From assembly GCA_963675945.1 (NCBI GenBank), contig OY780932.1, forward strand, positions 1,640,503 to 1,704,502: DNA of 64,000 nucleotides, read 5' to 3'. The translations under genes were made by a program, and so were the position numbers. Source of the DNA: Planctomycetota bacterium. GTDB taxonomy: Bacteria > Planctomycetota > SZUA-567. The notes beneath the pieces are model-generated. The model was not told the origin of the DNA. It worked only from the letters and a program-made list of their open reading frames with translations, and ran no database searches. Each line of letters starts with the position of its first letter. The stretch's first letter is position 1. This document shows positions 1-8,830 of this stretch, one piece after another.

Positions 1-770
1 TATCCGGCACTCTTCTTTCTGCGGGCGCGTTTGTGCGCGGTTTTTGCATTCTTCTTTTTGGCAGGTTCTTGCCGGGCTTCTTTGTGCATGATAAACAGGT
101 AGTTGAAACCGCGGAGGAAGAAGTTCTCCTCGGCGGCGGCTTTGCGGTAATTGCCTTGCTCAAGCGTCTTGTTGTGCCGGACTACCGCGATGATATCCAC
201 CGGTTCGAAGTAACGCTGTAGAATGCAGAAGAGTTCAAAGCCGATAGGCATGAATTTCTTTTTTTTATTGATATATGAGTCTGAGACGTAGAGCCCGAGG
301 TAACGGTCAGGCTTTAGGACGCGGTAGAGCTCCCGGATGACATCTTCCATGGCAATATAGTAGTCATTGGTCTGGGCGCTCAGTTTGCCGATACAGCGCG
401 GGTCGTCCGAATAAGCGATATGGGTAGAGTAGGGCGGATCGACAAAGGCAAAGTCCATGCTCTCGGCTTCCAGTGGGAGCCGACGCGAATCGGTATGGAC
501 AATGTCTTCCCGCTGGGGATTGAGATCGAAGCCGAAGCCCTGGCGTTTGAGATCCTGGGCTACATCCAGGGTCGTGCCGCTACCGCACATCGGGTCGACC
601 ATACTCTGCCCTTCTTTTGTGTAACGCTGGAGCAGGTTCCAGATAATATAACTCGGAGTCGCCCCAATATAATTGGCATTTCCCTGTATCTCTTCTCCAT
701 AATGCTGGGAAGGGTATTCCCAGAGGGTTGATACCTGAATATTCAGTGGTGGTTTCTTATGCCGACTCAT
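1..770 (-). CDS. SAM-dependent amino-methyltransferase (DNA N6-A/N4-C or RNA m2G type), 5' part only; gene runs off window start
   Basis: Minus-strand translation from ATG at 770 gives MSRHKKPPLNIQ...SMVDPMCGSGTT (motif I) ...FAFVDPPYS (motif IV, DPPY), about 256 aa with no stop before position 1. It is absent from the ORF track because it is unterminated inside the window. Confidence 0.6.
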   Translation of the reverse strand, partial: MSRHKKPPLNIQVSTLWEYPSQHYGEEIQGNANYIGATPSYIIWNLLQRYTKEGQSMVDPMCGSGTTLDVAQDLKRQGFGFDLNPQREDIVHTDSRRLPLEAESMDFAFVDPPYSTHIAYSDDPRCIGKLSAQTNDYYIAMEDVIRELYRVLKPDRYLGLYVSDSYINKKKKFMPIGFELFCILQRYFEPVDIIAVVRHNKTLEQGNYRKAAAEENFFLRGFNYLFIMHKEARQEPAKKKNAKTAHKRARRKKSAG

Positions 771-790
771 CTGGCGAGCCTTTCTGCAAG

Positions 791-2170
791 TTAGAGAATA
801 AAGCGTGAAAGATCCTCGTTTTCGGTGATATCCGCAAGCTTGTCATCGATAAAGCCAGGGGTGACGGTAAAGGTCTCACCCTTGCGTTCCGGTGCTTCAA
901 AGGAGACCTCTTCAAAGATCTTCTCCATCACTGTATGCAGACGTCTGGCGCCGATATCATCGGTGGTCTGGTTTACCTTGGCGGTTATCGCCGCAATATG
1001 TGCGAGAGATTCAGGTGCGAATTCGACCTTGATGCCCTCGGTCTCCAGCAGCAGTTCGTACTGCTTGGTCAGGGCATTCTTCGGATGAGTGAGGATGCGT
1101 TCAAAATCCTCCTTGGTCAGAGACTCCAGCTCTACCCGGATAGGAAATCTCCCTTGAAGCTCGGGGATGAGGTCGGAAGGCTTCTTGCCGTGGAAGGCGC
1201 CGGCGGCGATGAAGAGGATGTGGTCGGTCTTGACTGCGCCGAATTTAGTGGAGACGGTGCTGCCTTCCACGATCGGCAGTAGATCGCGCTGTACCCCTTC
1301 TCGGCTCACATCCGGCCCGTTCTCCTTGGCTGTACCGATAATTTTGTCTATCTCGTCGATGAAGACCAGACCTTCCTGCTCGGCTCGCTCTATGCCCTGT
1401 TTATTGATCTCTTCTTCGTCTATCAATTTCTCCGCCTCTTCCTGGGTGAAGATGCGCAGTGCTTCCTGCACCGGTACTCGGCGTTGTTTCTTCTTGCCCG
1501 GCATCAAGCTGGAGATCATATCCTGCATCTCCAGACCCATCATATCATCGCCGCCGATGGCACCGATTACGCCGGATACCGGAGTCTTCTCCTGGGCGGC
1601 TATCTCCACCGGCTTCTCTTCCATATCGCCACTGCGTAGACGATCACGGAGTTTGCCGCGGGTACGCTCCCAGCGCCCACGTGATTTTTTGATTTCTTCA
1701 TCGGTACCAGTATGTTCCGGCTCGGGCAGGAGAATGTCGAGTACGCGCTCTTCGGCGTGCAGTGCGGCTTCACCCTTTACCCGCTCAATTTCGCGGTTTC
1801 TGAATTCGCCGACCGCAACCTTGACTAGATCGCGTATCATGCTCTCGACATCCCGGCCGTGGTAACCGACCTCGGTGTACTTGCTCGCTTCCACCTTGAC
1901 AAAGGGAGCGTCGACCAGGGTGGCGAGCCTGCGGGCTATCTCTGTCTTGCCTACGCCGGTGGGGCCGATCATGAGAATATTTCGTGGCATGATTTCTTTG
2001 CGCATTGATTCGTCAATCTGTTTGCGACGCCAACGGTTACGTATAGCGACGGCTACCGCCCGCTTACCTTGATCCTGACCGACAATATATTCATCCAGTT
2101 TATTGACTATCTCTTTAGGAGTCAGTGAGTTGCCTGATTTCTTATTGAGCAGCTTGTTGATTATTTCCAT
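791..2170 (-). CDS. hslU: ATP-dependent protease ATPase subunit HslU
   Basis: 459 aa; the N-terminus EIVNKLDEYIVGQDQGKRAVAVAIRNRWRR, Walker A MIGPTGVGKTEIARRLA and overall length match the HslU family. Confidence 0.9.
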   Translation of the reverse strand: MEIINKLLNKKSGNSLTPKEIVNKLDEYIVGQDQGKRAVAVAIRNRWRRKQIDESMRKEIMPRNILMIGPTGVGKTEIARRLATLVDAPFVKVEASKYTEVGYHGRDVESMIRDLVKVAVGEFRNREIERVKGEAALHAEERVLDILLPEPEHTGTDEEIKKSRGRWERTRGKLRDRLRSGDMEEKPVEIAAQEKTPVSGVIGAIGGDDMMGLEMQDMISSLMPGKKKQRRVPVQEALRIFTQEEAEKLIDEEEINKQGIERAEQEGLVFIDEIDKIIGTAKENGPDVSREGVQRDLLPIVEGSTVSTKFGAVKTDHILFIAAGAFHGKKPSDLIPELQGRFPIRVELESLTKEDFERILTHPKNALTKQYELLLETEGIKVEFAPESLAHIAAITAKVNQTTDDIGARRLHTVMEKIFEEVSFEAPERKGETFTVTPGFIDDKLADITENEDLSRFIL

Positions 2171-2459
2171 GTAAGTACCTTTTCGTGTTATTAGTTTGCT
2201 CTGTATGCGTGACCAAATCTATATTCTAGCGGTCGAGCGTAATTTAGCAATAGAGTAATTTGATCTCTAGCTCGGGTTTTTTTGGTATTTAACGGTCTGT
2301 AGGACAAACTTTGAGTCGATCAATACCAGTGCTTCTGACAGTAAAATTAATGAAGCTAAGGCTTGGACTCGGGTAGAATTGTTCATGCTGAAGTTGGTTT
2401 GTAGTTGTAACAAACAGATTTAAAGATTTATGATAAAGAGTGGATTAAGGGGTAAAGGC

Positions 2460-3119
2460 TTAGAAGGAGGTATAACTGTTGAGGCAGTCGTTGCAGAAAG
2501 CAGGTTGACGGTGGTATTTGGCTTCGTCTACCAGGCATTCACGATAGTATAACTCGCGGATATCGATCTCCTGGCAGTCAGCGTCGGATTTCGCGGTATC
2601 CACGGCGGCGGTCAAGCGGTATTCGGCGCCGGCATTGCTCAAGTTATTGATGCTCTCGATAGTTGAACCGTAGTCGCTGGTGTTGCCGATAGTTATTATT
2701 ATACTGGTATCTGTAAGTCCGGTAGGCAGTGCAAAATACTGGAGAGCTTCAGAAAAGCTCTCTTCGCAGGGTGAGGAATACGGGGTATAATGATCATCGG
2801 TGGCGCCAAAAGTATTGATCGCATCATCAATGATTTCTGAGGTCTCTTCGGCTTGTTCACCATTGCAGATAACACATGCCATACCTTGATTCAGCAACTC
2901 CTGGGCGAGTAGCTCAATATGTTCGACTGAGATCTTACTGACAATATTCAGTAACGCACTGAAGGGGCGTTTTTTGAAAGGGAGTGTTAAAGGTTTACCC
3001 GCTTCGTAGCGGATGGTGTAGAAGGTCTGATCACCTATTTTGCCCAGTTTGCCCTGATGCGTATTTGAAAAATACAGCTTTTTCAAATCAGGCTGTTCTG
3101 TATCGTCCTCAAAATCCAC
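2460..3119 (-). CDS. hypothetical protein (acidic, Cys-containing, 219 aa)
   Basis: Clean ORF in the position upstream of hslU where hslV would normally sit, but it has no HslV N-terminal Thr protease signature. No motif recognised. Confidence 0.4.
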   Translation of the reverse strand: MDFEDDTEQPDLKKLYFSNTHQGKLGKIGDQTFYTIRYEAGKPLTLPFKKRPFSALLNIVSKISVEHIELLAQELLNQGMACVICNGEQAEETSEIIDDAINTFGATDDHYTPYSSPCEESFSEALQYFALPTGLTDTSIIITIGNTSDYGSTIESINNLSNAGAEYRLTAAVDTAKSDADCQEIDIRELYYRECLVDEAKYHRQPAFCNDCLNSYTSF

Positions 3120-3500
3120 TTATTTCCCCCAACTGTATATAATAAGCAGCTTTGCGTCCTATAATAGTGGACGTAATACTTGCTTCATTCCTTTTCCCAA
3201 TGCATACTGGATGTACACAACATCTGCTAGCATATATATTGTGCTTCCCAACAACATCCAAATAAGCGACTTCGTAATTATCTATTTATGGGGCGTGAGG
3301 TCAACACTAAAATTGTTTTTTTGCGCCTTTTTTGCTCGTCTGGAGCCGGATAAAACTTTTTAAGTTTGATTAACCTTATGCCCCAATTATTATTAGGGAA
3401 AATCAGGATAATTTCCGATAATACTAGAGGTGGTTATGAAAAATATGTATAATCACGGGAGTAGTCAGAGTATGAGGTTTGCTGAATATCCGGAGGTAGA

Positions 3501-5765
3501 ATGAAATATAAATTGTATGCTGTGGTGTTGTTGCTGGCTCTGCTGCTGGTGGCTTGTGAAGAGATGCCGGAGATACTCCAGGAGGATGTAGTGGTAGATC
3601 CCCGTTTAATTGCAGGTCCTTACATTATAGAGACCAGCTCGGAGAATGGCGTTGTTGCGTATATGCGCACCAATGTCGACACCATCGCCGGAATTAGGGT
3701 CGTCGATTCCAAAGATAGGATGGTGCGCCGCTATGGACGCAGTAGCAAAGAACATAAGCTTGACCTGAGTTCGCTGGTGGATGAGAGTGTGCCACTGCAG
3801 AAGTTCCTGGTTTTGATCGATGACTTCAAGAGCGCGCTGTTGACGCTTAGGCATCCGCAACCGACACAGACGACAACCATTGGCTTTCTCGGAGGGGGGC
3901 GTGGGCGTAAGGAGTTACTCAAACTCGCTGCCGACAAGCTTGCGACCTACTCCCCGGACGCTACCGTATTGACCGGCGCTTCTTTTCCGCTGGATGAACG
4001 GATCGCGACTTGGGATGACCTCTTCTTTACCCCGCTTCAGCAGCTAACTCCGAGCAGTCCGCTTATGCTTCTGCCTGAGGATCAGGCTATCTTGCCGATT
4101 GGAGCCGGACGGGGGCAGCCGGTACCGTATTGGAGTCGAAATATCGGTGTGGTACATATAGTATTTCTGGCTATGGACAGTCTTAAGCGCCCTGCAGAAC
4201 GGGCTCAGACTCTGAGCTGGTTGCAACATGATCTTGCCGGCAATGCCGAACGCTTCCGGATACTCGTCCTTGCTGAGCCGCTCTTTGCCGCGCAGCAGAT
4301 CTATGCCCGAGCGGTTGAGACTCTGGGAACACTCCTGGAGTCCGGAGGGGTGGATCTGGTAGTGAGTGGCGGCGGCAAGTATTATCAACGTACTCTGCCG
4401 ATACAGGCTGGCGGGAGTAAACCGGTGCGTTATATCGTCAGCGGCGGCATAGATACCGCTACGGGGCTGCCCGTAGGCAGGGAGTACCGAGCGGCGACCG
4501 CTGATCGGCCGCATATCGCGGTACTCCGGGCGACAGCGGACTCGCTGGTCTGGGAGGTGGTGGCTCTGGATAACTCCGAGGTTCTGGATGTGGTAAGTAT
4601 TGACCGGCAAGGGATGAGTGTGAGTGGTGAGCCGTCGATTGAGAAGATGGATATTCTCTCTGACGCGCTCTCAGCATTGACCCTGCAACGTGAGGTGGTG
4701 ACTATCGCTACGCAGGCGGCCAAAGCGGTGCGTAATCCTGCGGCAGCGCAAAGTATCTCGTTCTTATTAGCCAATGCTTCGGCGCAGAATATCAAGGGCG
4801 AATTGGTCTGGGATATTCCGTATGATTCGGCGTATATGGTAGAGCCTACTGCGCTTAAGTTTGGCCTCAATAGTGGTTATGAGAGTAAGACTGCGTTCAA
4901 GATCAAGCCGCTTACCAAGGGGGCGGATGCAAGTCTGCCGGTGCTCAAGGTGAATATTGACGGTATTGGTTCGGCTGCGCAGCCGTTGATCATTGCCAAG
5001 CGCAAGTATGCGAATATTCAGCGCTGGCAGGCGCAGGAGCAGGTATTGGTCGACGGAATCATGCGCGAAGAGGGCTGGAAAGCAATTACCCCGCTCACCG
5101 GCTTTACTGTACTCGGAACCGAAGCAGAGCCCAAGCAACCGCTGGAGGTGCGCGTCACTTATAATAATTTGGGTATCTATGTCCTGGCGCGGGCGGCGGC
5201 AAATCGTCCGGATCAGATCGTGACCCAGGCGGTCAACCATGATGATCCAGTGCATAGGGATGAGAGTATTGAGATCTTTATCGATCCAGCGAATAACGGG
5301 CGTAATTACTTCCAGTTTGCGGTCAATACTCGCGGGGTGACGCTGGATCGCTCCAATACCATGGGGCTTGCCTGGAATCCACGTTGGGAGGCGGTGGTAA
5401 AGACATATGAATCTTATTATACGGTTGAGGCCTTTATCCCGTATCAGGCGCTCGGGCTCTACTCTGTACCGAATAATGGAGCGAAATGGGGGCTGAATAT
5501 CTGTCGCAATGATTATCAGGAGAGTGCGGTGCGGGAGAATCCGTTTGCGTTGGCTAATACTGGCAGTGACGGTAGTGCTGAGGTGCAGATATCTCGGCTT
5601 AATATCGGTGAACTCGCTGAGCAGGAGCTCGGGGAGAGTGTCGCAGTGGAAACCGATGAAGCGACAGAAGGCGTAGGAGCCGGGTTTGAGGTGGTGCAGT
5701 GGGCCGATACTTATGGGGATAACTCCAGGAGCGGTCTGTATGGTGAGATTACCTTCTCGGAGTAA
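3501..5765 (+). CDS. lipoprotein with metallophosphatase-like N-terminal domain (degenerate motifs) and C-terminal CBM9/DOMON-like carbohydrate-binding-like domain
   Basis: Signal peptide plus lipobox (LLLVAC). VDLVVSGGGKYYQRT resembles the purple-acid-phosphatase GHxHxYER motif with the His residues replaced by Gly. The C-terminal DESIEIFIDPANNGRNYFQFAVN...YTVEAFIPY is CBM9-like. Confidence 0.5.
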   Translation: MKYKLYAVVLLLALLLVACEEMPEILQEDVVVDPRLIAGPYIIETSSENGVVAYMRTNVDTIAGIRVVDSKDRMVRRYGRSSKEHKLDLSSLVDESVPLQKFLVLIDDFKSALLTLRHPQPTQTTTIGFLGGGRGRKELLKLAADKLATYSPDATVLTGASFPLDERIATWDDLFFTPLQQLTPSSPLMLLPEDQAILPIGAGRGQPVPYWSRNIGVVHIVFLAMDSLKRPAERAQTLSWLQHDLAGNAERFRILVLAEPLFAAQQIYARAVETLGTLLESGGVDLVVSGGGKYYQRTLPIQAGGSKPVRYIVSGGIDTATGLPVGREYRAATADRPHIAVLRATADSLVWEVVALDNSEVLDVVSIDRQGMSVSGEPSIEKMDILSDALSALTLQREVVTIATQAAKAVRNPAAAQSISFLLANASAQNIKGELVWDIPYDSAYMVEPTALKFGLNSGYESKTAFKIKPLTKGADASLPVLKVNIDGIGSAAQPLIIAKRKYANIQRWQAQEQVLVDGIMREEGWKAITPLTGFTVLGTEAEPKQPLEVRVTYNNLGIYVLARAAANRPDQIVTQAVNHDDPVHRDESIEIFIDPANNGRNYFQFAVNTRGVTLDRSNTMGLAWNPRWEAVVKTYESYYTVEAFIPYQALGLYSVPNNGAKWGLNICRNDYQESAVRENPFALANTGSDGSAEVQISRLNIGELAEQELGESVAVETDEATEGVGAGFEVVQWADTYGDNSRSGLYGEITFSE

Positions 5766-5814
5766 GGACGACGGTTGGCTGGCAATTTATGGCTGGGTGT
5801 GAAGGAGAGCGGCG

Positions 5815-6627
5815 ATGGTGGAGTTGAACTTTGTCAAGATGCAGGGGGCGGGCAATGACTTTATCCTGATTGATAATCGGCGAGGAATTATCCCCACTGC
5901 GGCCAAGGCGGAACTGGCAGCAAGACTCTGCCCCAGAGCTGTAGCGGTAGGGGCGGACGGGATGATATTCCTCGAAAATGATCAGGAGTGTGGTGCGCGT
6001 TGGGATTTTTATAATTCTGACGGTTCGCTGGCAGAGATGTGCGGTAACGGGGCGCGTTGCTTTACCCTCTTTGCGCGAGAACTCGGGATTTTTGAAGAGA
6101 AATTCACCTTTAGAACCCTGGCGGGAATTATCGATGCTTCAGTTACCGGGAGTGCCAGAGCACGGGTACGGCTGCCGGATGCGCCGCCACTGCGTATGTT
6201 CAATGCGTTGTATTTTGCCGGAGTGATCCAGGATGTCTATTCGATCAATACCGGAGTGCCGCATATTGTGGTGCCGGTGGAGGATGTTGAGACTATCGAT
6301 GTTAAGAAGTATGGTTCGGCTATTCGGTATCATGATGAATTTGCACCGGCGGGAACCAATGTTAACTTTATCTGTGCCGAGGCAGCGGGGATCAAGATAC
6401 GTACCTATGAACGTGGGGTCGAGGACGAGACCCTCGCTTGTGGAACCGGTTCGGTTGCGGCGGCGATTGTAGCCGGGGCGGAATACGGGTTGAAACCCCC
6501 GGTTACAGTGCTGACCCGTAGCGGCGAGACGTTACGAGTAGAGTATACCGCTGAAGGGGTGCAGAATGTCGGGGTCTATCTGGAAGGGCCGGCAATAAAG
6601 GTTTATAGCGGGAGTCTGCAGTTGTAA
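5815..6627 (+). CDS. dapF: diaminopimelate epimerase
   Basis: FVKMQGAGNDFILID N-terminal motif, the second catalytic Cys region GTGSVAAA, and 270 aa length. Confidence 0.85.
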   Translation: MVELNFVKMQGAGNDFILIDNRRGIIPTAAKAELAARLCPRAVAVGADGMIFLENDQECGARWDFYNSDGSLAEMCGNGARCFTLFARELGIFEEKFTFRTLAGIIDASVTGSARARVRLPDAPPLRMFNALYFAGVIQDVYSINTGVPHIVVPVEDVETIDVKKYGSAIRYHDEFAPAGTNVNFICAEAAGIKIRTYERGVEDETLACGTGSVAAAIVAGAEYGLKPPVTVLTRSGETLRVEYTAEGVQNVGVYLEGPAIKVYSGSLQL

Positions 6628-6645
6628 GTATTTTTATAAAAAAAA

Positions 6646-6673
6646 CTCCCTGCCCGTGTATCTGGGCAGGGAG
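6646..6673. terminator. bidirectional rho-independent terminator hairpin (ctccctgcccgtgtatctgggcagggag) between dapF and the convergent DksA-like gene
   Basis: Perfect 10-bp stem flanked by an A8 run on the + side (6637..6645), which reads as T8 for the minus-strand gene ending at 6704. Confidence 0.6.
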
Positions 6674-6703
6674 ATAATATATGACTGTCGAATCAACGCT
6701 GTT

Positions 6704-7657
6704 TCAACTGCTTTCGTTATCAGCTTCATCCCCGTCAAGGAAGGCCCAGGAAGAAGTAGCTTCTTTTTTGCTCTTGGTCTTTTCATAGTCCTGACGACAA
6801 TTGACGCAGCGAGTGGCGAAAGGAAGGATCTTGAGCCGGGAAGGGGAGATGGTAACATTACATATCTCACAGAGCCCGTAGGTGCCTTTTTCTATCTTCT
6901 CCAGTGCGGATTCAATCTGTTCAAGCTCTTCATCACTGTTGGCGGCAATTTCGAAGGTGACATCGTCGTCATAGGCATCGGCCGCTTGATCTACCGGGTC
7001 GGCAGAACTGGAGGAGGCGCGGTGACGGTAATCTGCCAGCTCTTTGCGCATATTCTCCAGAATACTCTCACGGAGTTCGATAAGCTTTTTGCGAGTAATT
7101 TTGAGTTCTTCTTCCGTCATGCGTCTGAACTCCTTGGGTTCGGCGCAGACGGTTGAAGCTTCGTTTTTTGGCTTTTTTGCGCCACTGAGCATTACTCCGG
7201 GAGCGAGTTTCAGGCCACCGGAAGGTTTTCTGGCGGTCACAATATGCCTCTGCTTTGCCCGACGGGATCCGGTCTTACCGGTTTTTTTGGGTGGGTGTAT
7301 GGTTTTTTTGCCATTTTCCACACTCTCGAGTTCCTTGATTTCCTTGCGGAGATGATCGCCTTCAAGATTGAGCGGGATAATCTCTTCGTCATCGGAATCT
7401 TGTAGATCGTCTTCAAGCTCCACTTCGGAATCAGTATCGAATTTGTCAAGATCGTTCTCGGTATCACGAGTATTTTCGACTACCTCGGTCTCTTGCTCCA
7501 GAGTGCTAGCTTTGGTGCTGCTCTTTTTGGCTACCTTTTTGCCGGACTTTTTGGCTGTTTTTTTTGAGGTTTTTTTGGCTACTTTCTTGGCTGTCTTCTT
7601 CCTCTCGGCTTTGGCTGTATCTTTTACAGTTTTCTTTGGAGCATCTTTTTTTGCCAT
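6704..7657 (-). CDS. DksA/TraR-family C4 zinc-finger protein with N-terminal lysine/alanine-rich histone H1-like tail
   Basis: The C-terminus CEICNVTISPSRLKILPFATRCVNCRQ is a DksA/TraR-type CxxC...CxxC finger. The N-terminal ~60 aa are KKxAKK repeats, followed by an acidic linker. Confidence 0.65.
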   Translation of the reverse strand: MAKKDAPKKTVKDTAKAERKKTAKKVAKKTSKKTAKKSGKKVAKKSSTKASTLEQETEVVENTRDTENDLDKFDTDSEVELEDDLQDSDDEEIIPLNLEGDHLRKEIKELESVENGKKTIHPPKKTGKTGSRRAKQRHIVTARKPSGGLKLAPGVMLSGAKKPKNEASTVCAEPKEFRRMTEEELKITRKKLIELRESILENMRKELADYRHRASSSSADPVDQAADAYDDDVTFEIAANSDEELEQIESALEKIEKGTYGLCEICNVTISPSRLKILPFATRCVNCRQDYEKTKSKKEATSSWAFLDGDEADNESS

Positions 7658-8099
7658 ATTGTTCTCCTTTTATCTGCAGTCAAATGCGGTTGCAGATAGT
7701 CTGGGTATTTGCTTGTCTCTAACCGGTATGGGTATAGAGGGGTACTGACATTTATTCTCTTCAAACACGACTATATAAATTGTATACTCTGTATCCTTGT
7801 GTAACCAAATGCCATAATTTTATTGAACCTAACTGCTTTGTTGGAATATGCGCAAACCTTTTTATCTGAAAACGTTCGAGAGTTAGAGCAAACTTATTTG
7901 TTGTTTTAATATGTAAAATCGCACAATAAGTATGGTGTTTGGGAGGTTAAATTCAAGAGTAAAATGCACAATTCTGTATTTTTTTCGCATGATTGATTAT
8001 ATCTTCTTCTGTAGTAAATAGTTGTGTGAGAAATTTTTGGGTTGTATTTGTGTGTTTTTGGGGGAGACGTGAGAGAGTGGAAAAAATAATATTAATATC

Positions 8100-8127
8100 T
8101 TGCTTATACGGGGTAAACGCATATAAT
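8100..8127 (+). promoter_or_regulatory. candidate sigma70 promoter for tRNA-Leu (TTGCTT-N16-TATAAT)
   Basis: -35 TTGCTT at 8100..8105 and -10 TATAAT at 8122..8127, about 25 nt upstream of the tRNA 5' end. Confidence 0.4.
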
Positions 8128-8152
8128 TTTTTCCACATTAAACTTGGTACAA

Positions 8153-8239
8153 GGGCGAGTGGCGGAATCGGCAGACGCAAGGGATTTAAAATCCCTTGAG
8201 ATTTATCTCGTACGGGTTCAAGTCCCGTCTTGCCCACCA
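8153..8239 (+). tRNA. tRNA-Leu (anticodon TAA)
   Basis: 87 nt including CCA. Acceptor stem GGGCGAG/CTTGCCC, anticodon stem AGGGA/TCCCT with loop TTTAAAA, long variable arm, T-loop TTCAAGT. Confidence 0.85.
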
Positions 8240-8244
8240 ATAAC

Positions 8245-8539
8245 AATCCCCCTCGACATTTATGTCGAGGGGGATTATTATTGGTGGTAGTAAGTAAGGG
8301 TCTCCCGTTTGTCCTGAGATGCTTTTGCAGGCGAGTAGTCGAGCGTGCAAAAGTGCCCACCAATTCCTTTTTCTGCGAGCATTTATGTCGAGGGGGATTA
8401 TTATTGGTGGTAGTAAGTAAGGGTCTCCCGTTTGTCCTGAGATACTTTTGCAGGCGAGTAGTCGAGCGTGCAAAAGTGCCCACCAATTTCTTATTCGTCG
8501 ACATTAATGCAGGCAGGGATTATTATTGGTGTCAGTGAG
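8245..8539. repeat. tandem direct repeats (about 123-bp period; two full copies and one partial) immediately 3' of tRNA-Leu; each full copy ends in TGCCCACCAAT, a copy of the tRNA 3' terminus
   Basis: Copy 1 spans 8247..8380, copy 2 8381..8503, and the partial copy 8504..8539. Copy 1 begins with a 32-bp perfect palindrome, aatccccctcgacatttatgtcgagggggatt. The tgcccaccaat motif occurs at 8231 (tRNA), 8354 and 8477. Confidence 0.8.
8526..8539. repeat. left copy of the 14-bp direct repeat TTGGTGTCAGTGAG bounding the RM/defence island (attL-like junction)
   Basis: The identical 14-mer recurs at 18715..18728. The repeat-unit homology is interrupted exactly here and resumes at the right copy. Confidence 0.6.
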
Positions 8540-8830
8540 AGAGTATAATGGTCTAAGAAATTTGGATAGTTGAATAAGGTAGATTTTCCCGATAATATTA
8601 TGAGAGAATTGATGTAAAATATAAGTTGGGGCTGAAGACTAGTACCACTTTTGTTGTATTATAGGGGTTAAGTTGAACTTAGAATGTATACAGTAGAAAA
8701 TAAGTACCATATTGTTATTGCTTTGTGCTCTTGAGGTTGTATTTTGCTTGCGCAGAAAGTGATTTAGGGTAGGATTGTAGGGTGGTAGTAATTTGGGTAA
8801 GAAGTTATTTGATAGAAGGATAATGGAACA

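Noticed and set aside
1167-1865. 232-aa plus-strand ORF within hslU
   Set aside because: Shadow ORF antisense to hslU, Ser/Arg-rich, with no RBS.
4044-5255. Several 70-190 aa minus-strand ORFs inside the 754-aa lipoprotein gene
   Set aside because: All are antisense to a continuous 2.2 kb ORF with a signal peptide. Their composition is typical of antisense frames in a GC-rich gene.
7953-8538. ORFs 7953..8504 (-), 8186..8473 (-) and 8230..8538 (+) spanning the tRNA-Leu and the tandem repeats
   Set aside because: They overlap a tRNA gene and are made of duplicated sequence (internally repeated peptides). They are artefacts of the repeat array, not genes.
8245-8539. Possible CRISPR array next to the tRNA
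   Set aside because: The repeat period is about 123 bp with no short unique spacers. The units are long near-identical duplications that contain a tRNA-end copy. No cas genes are present.
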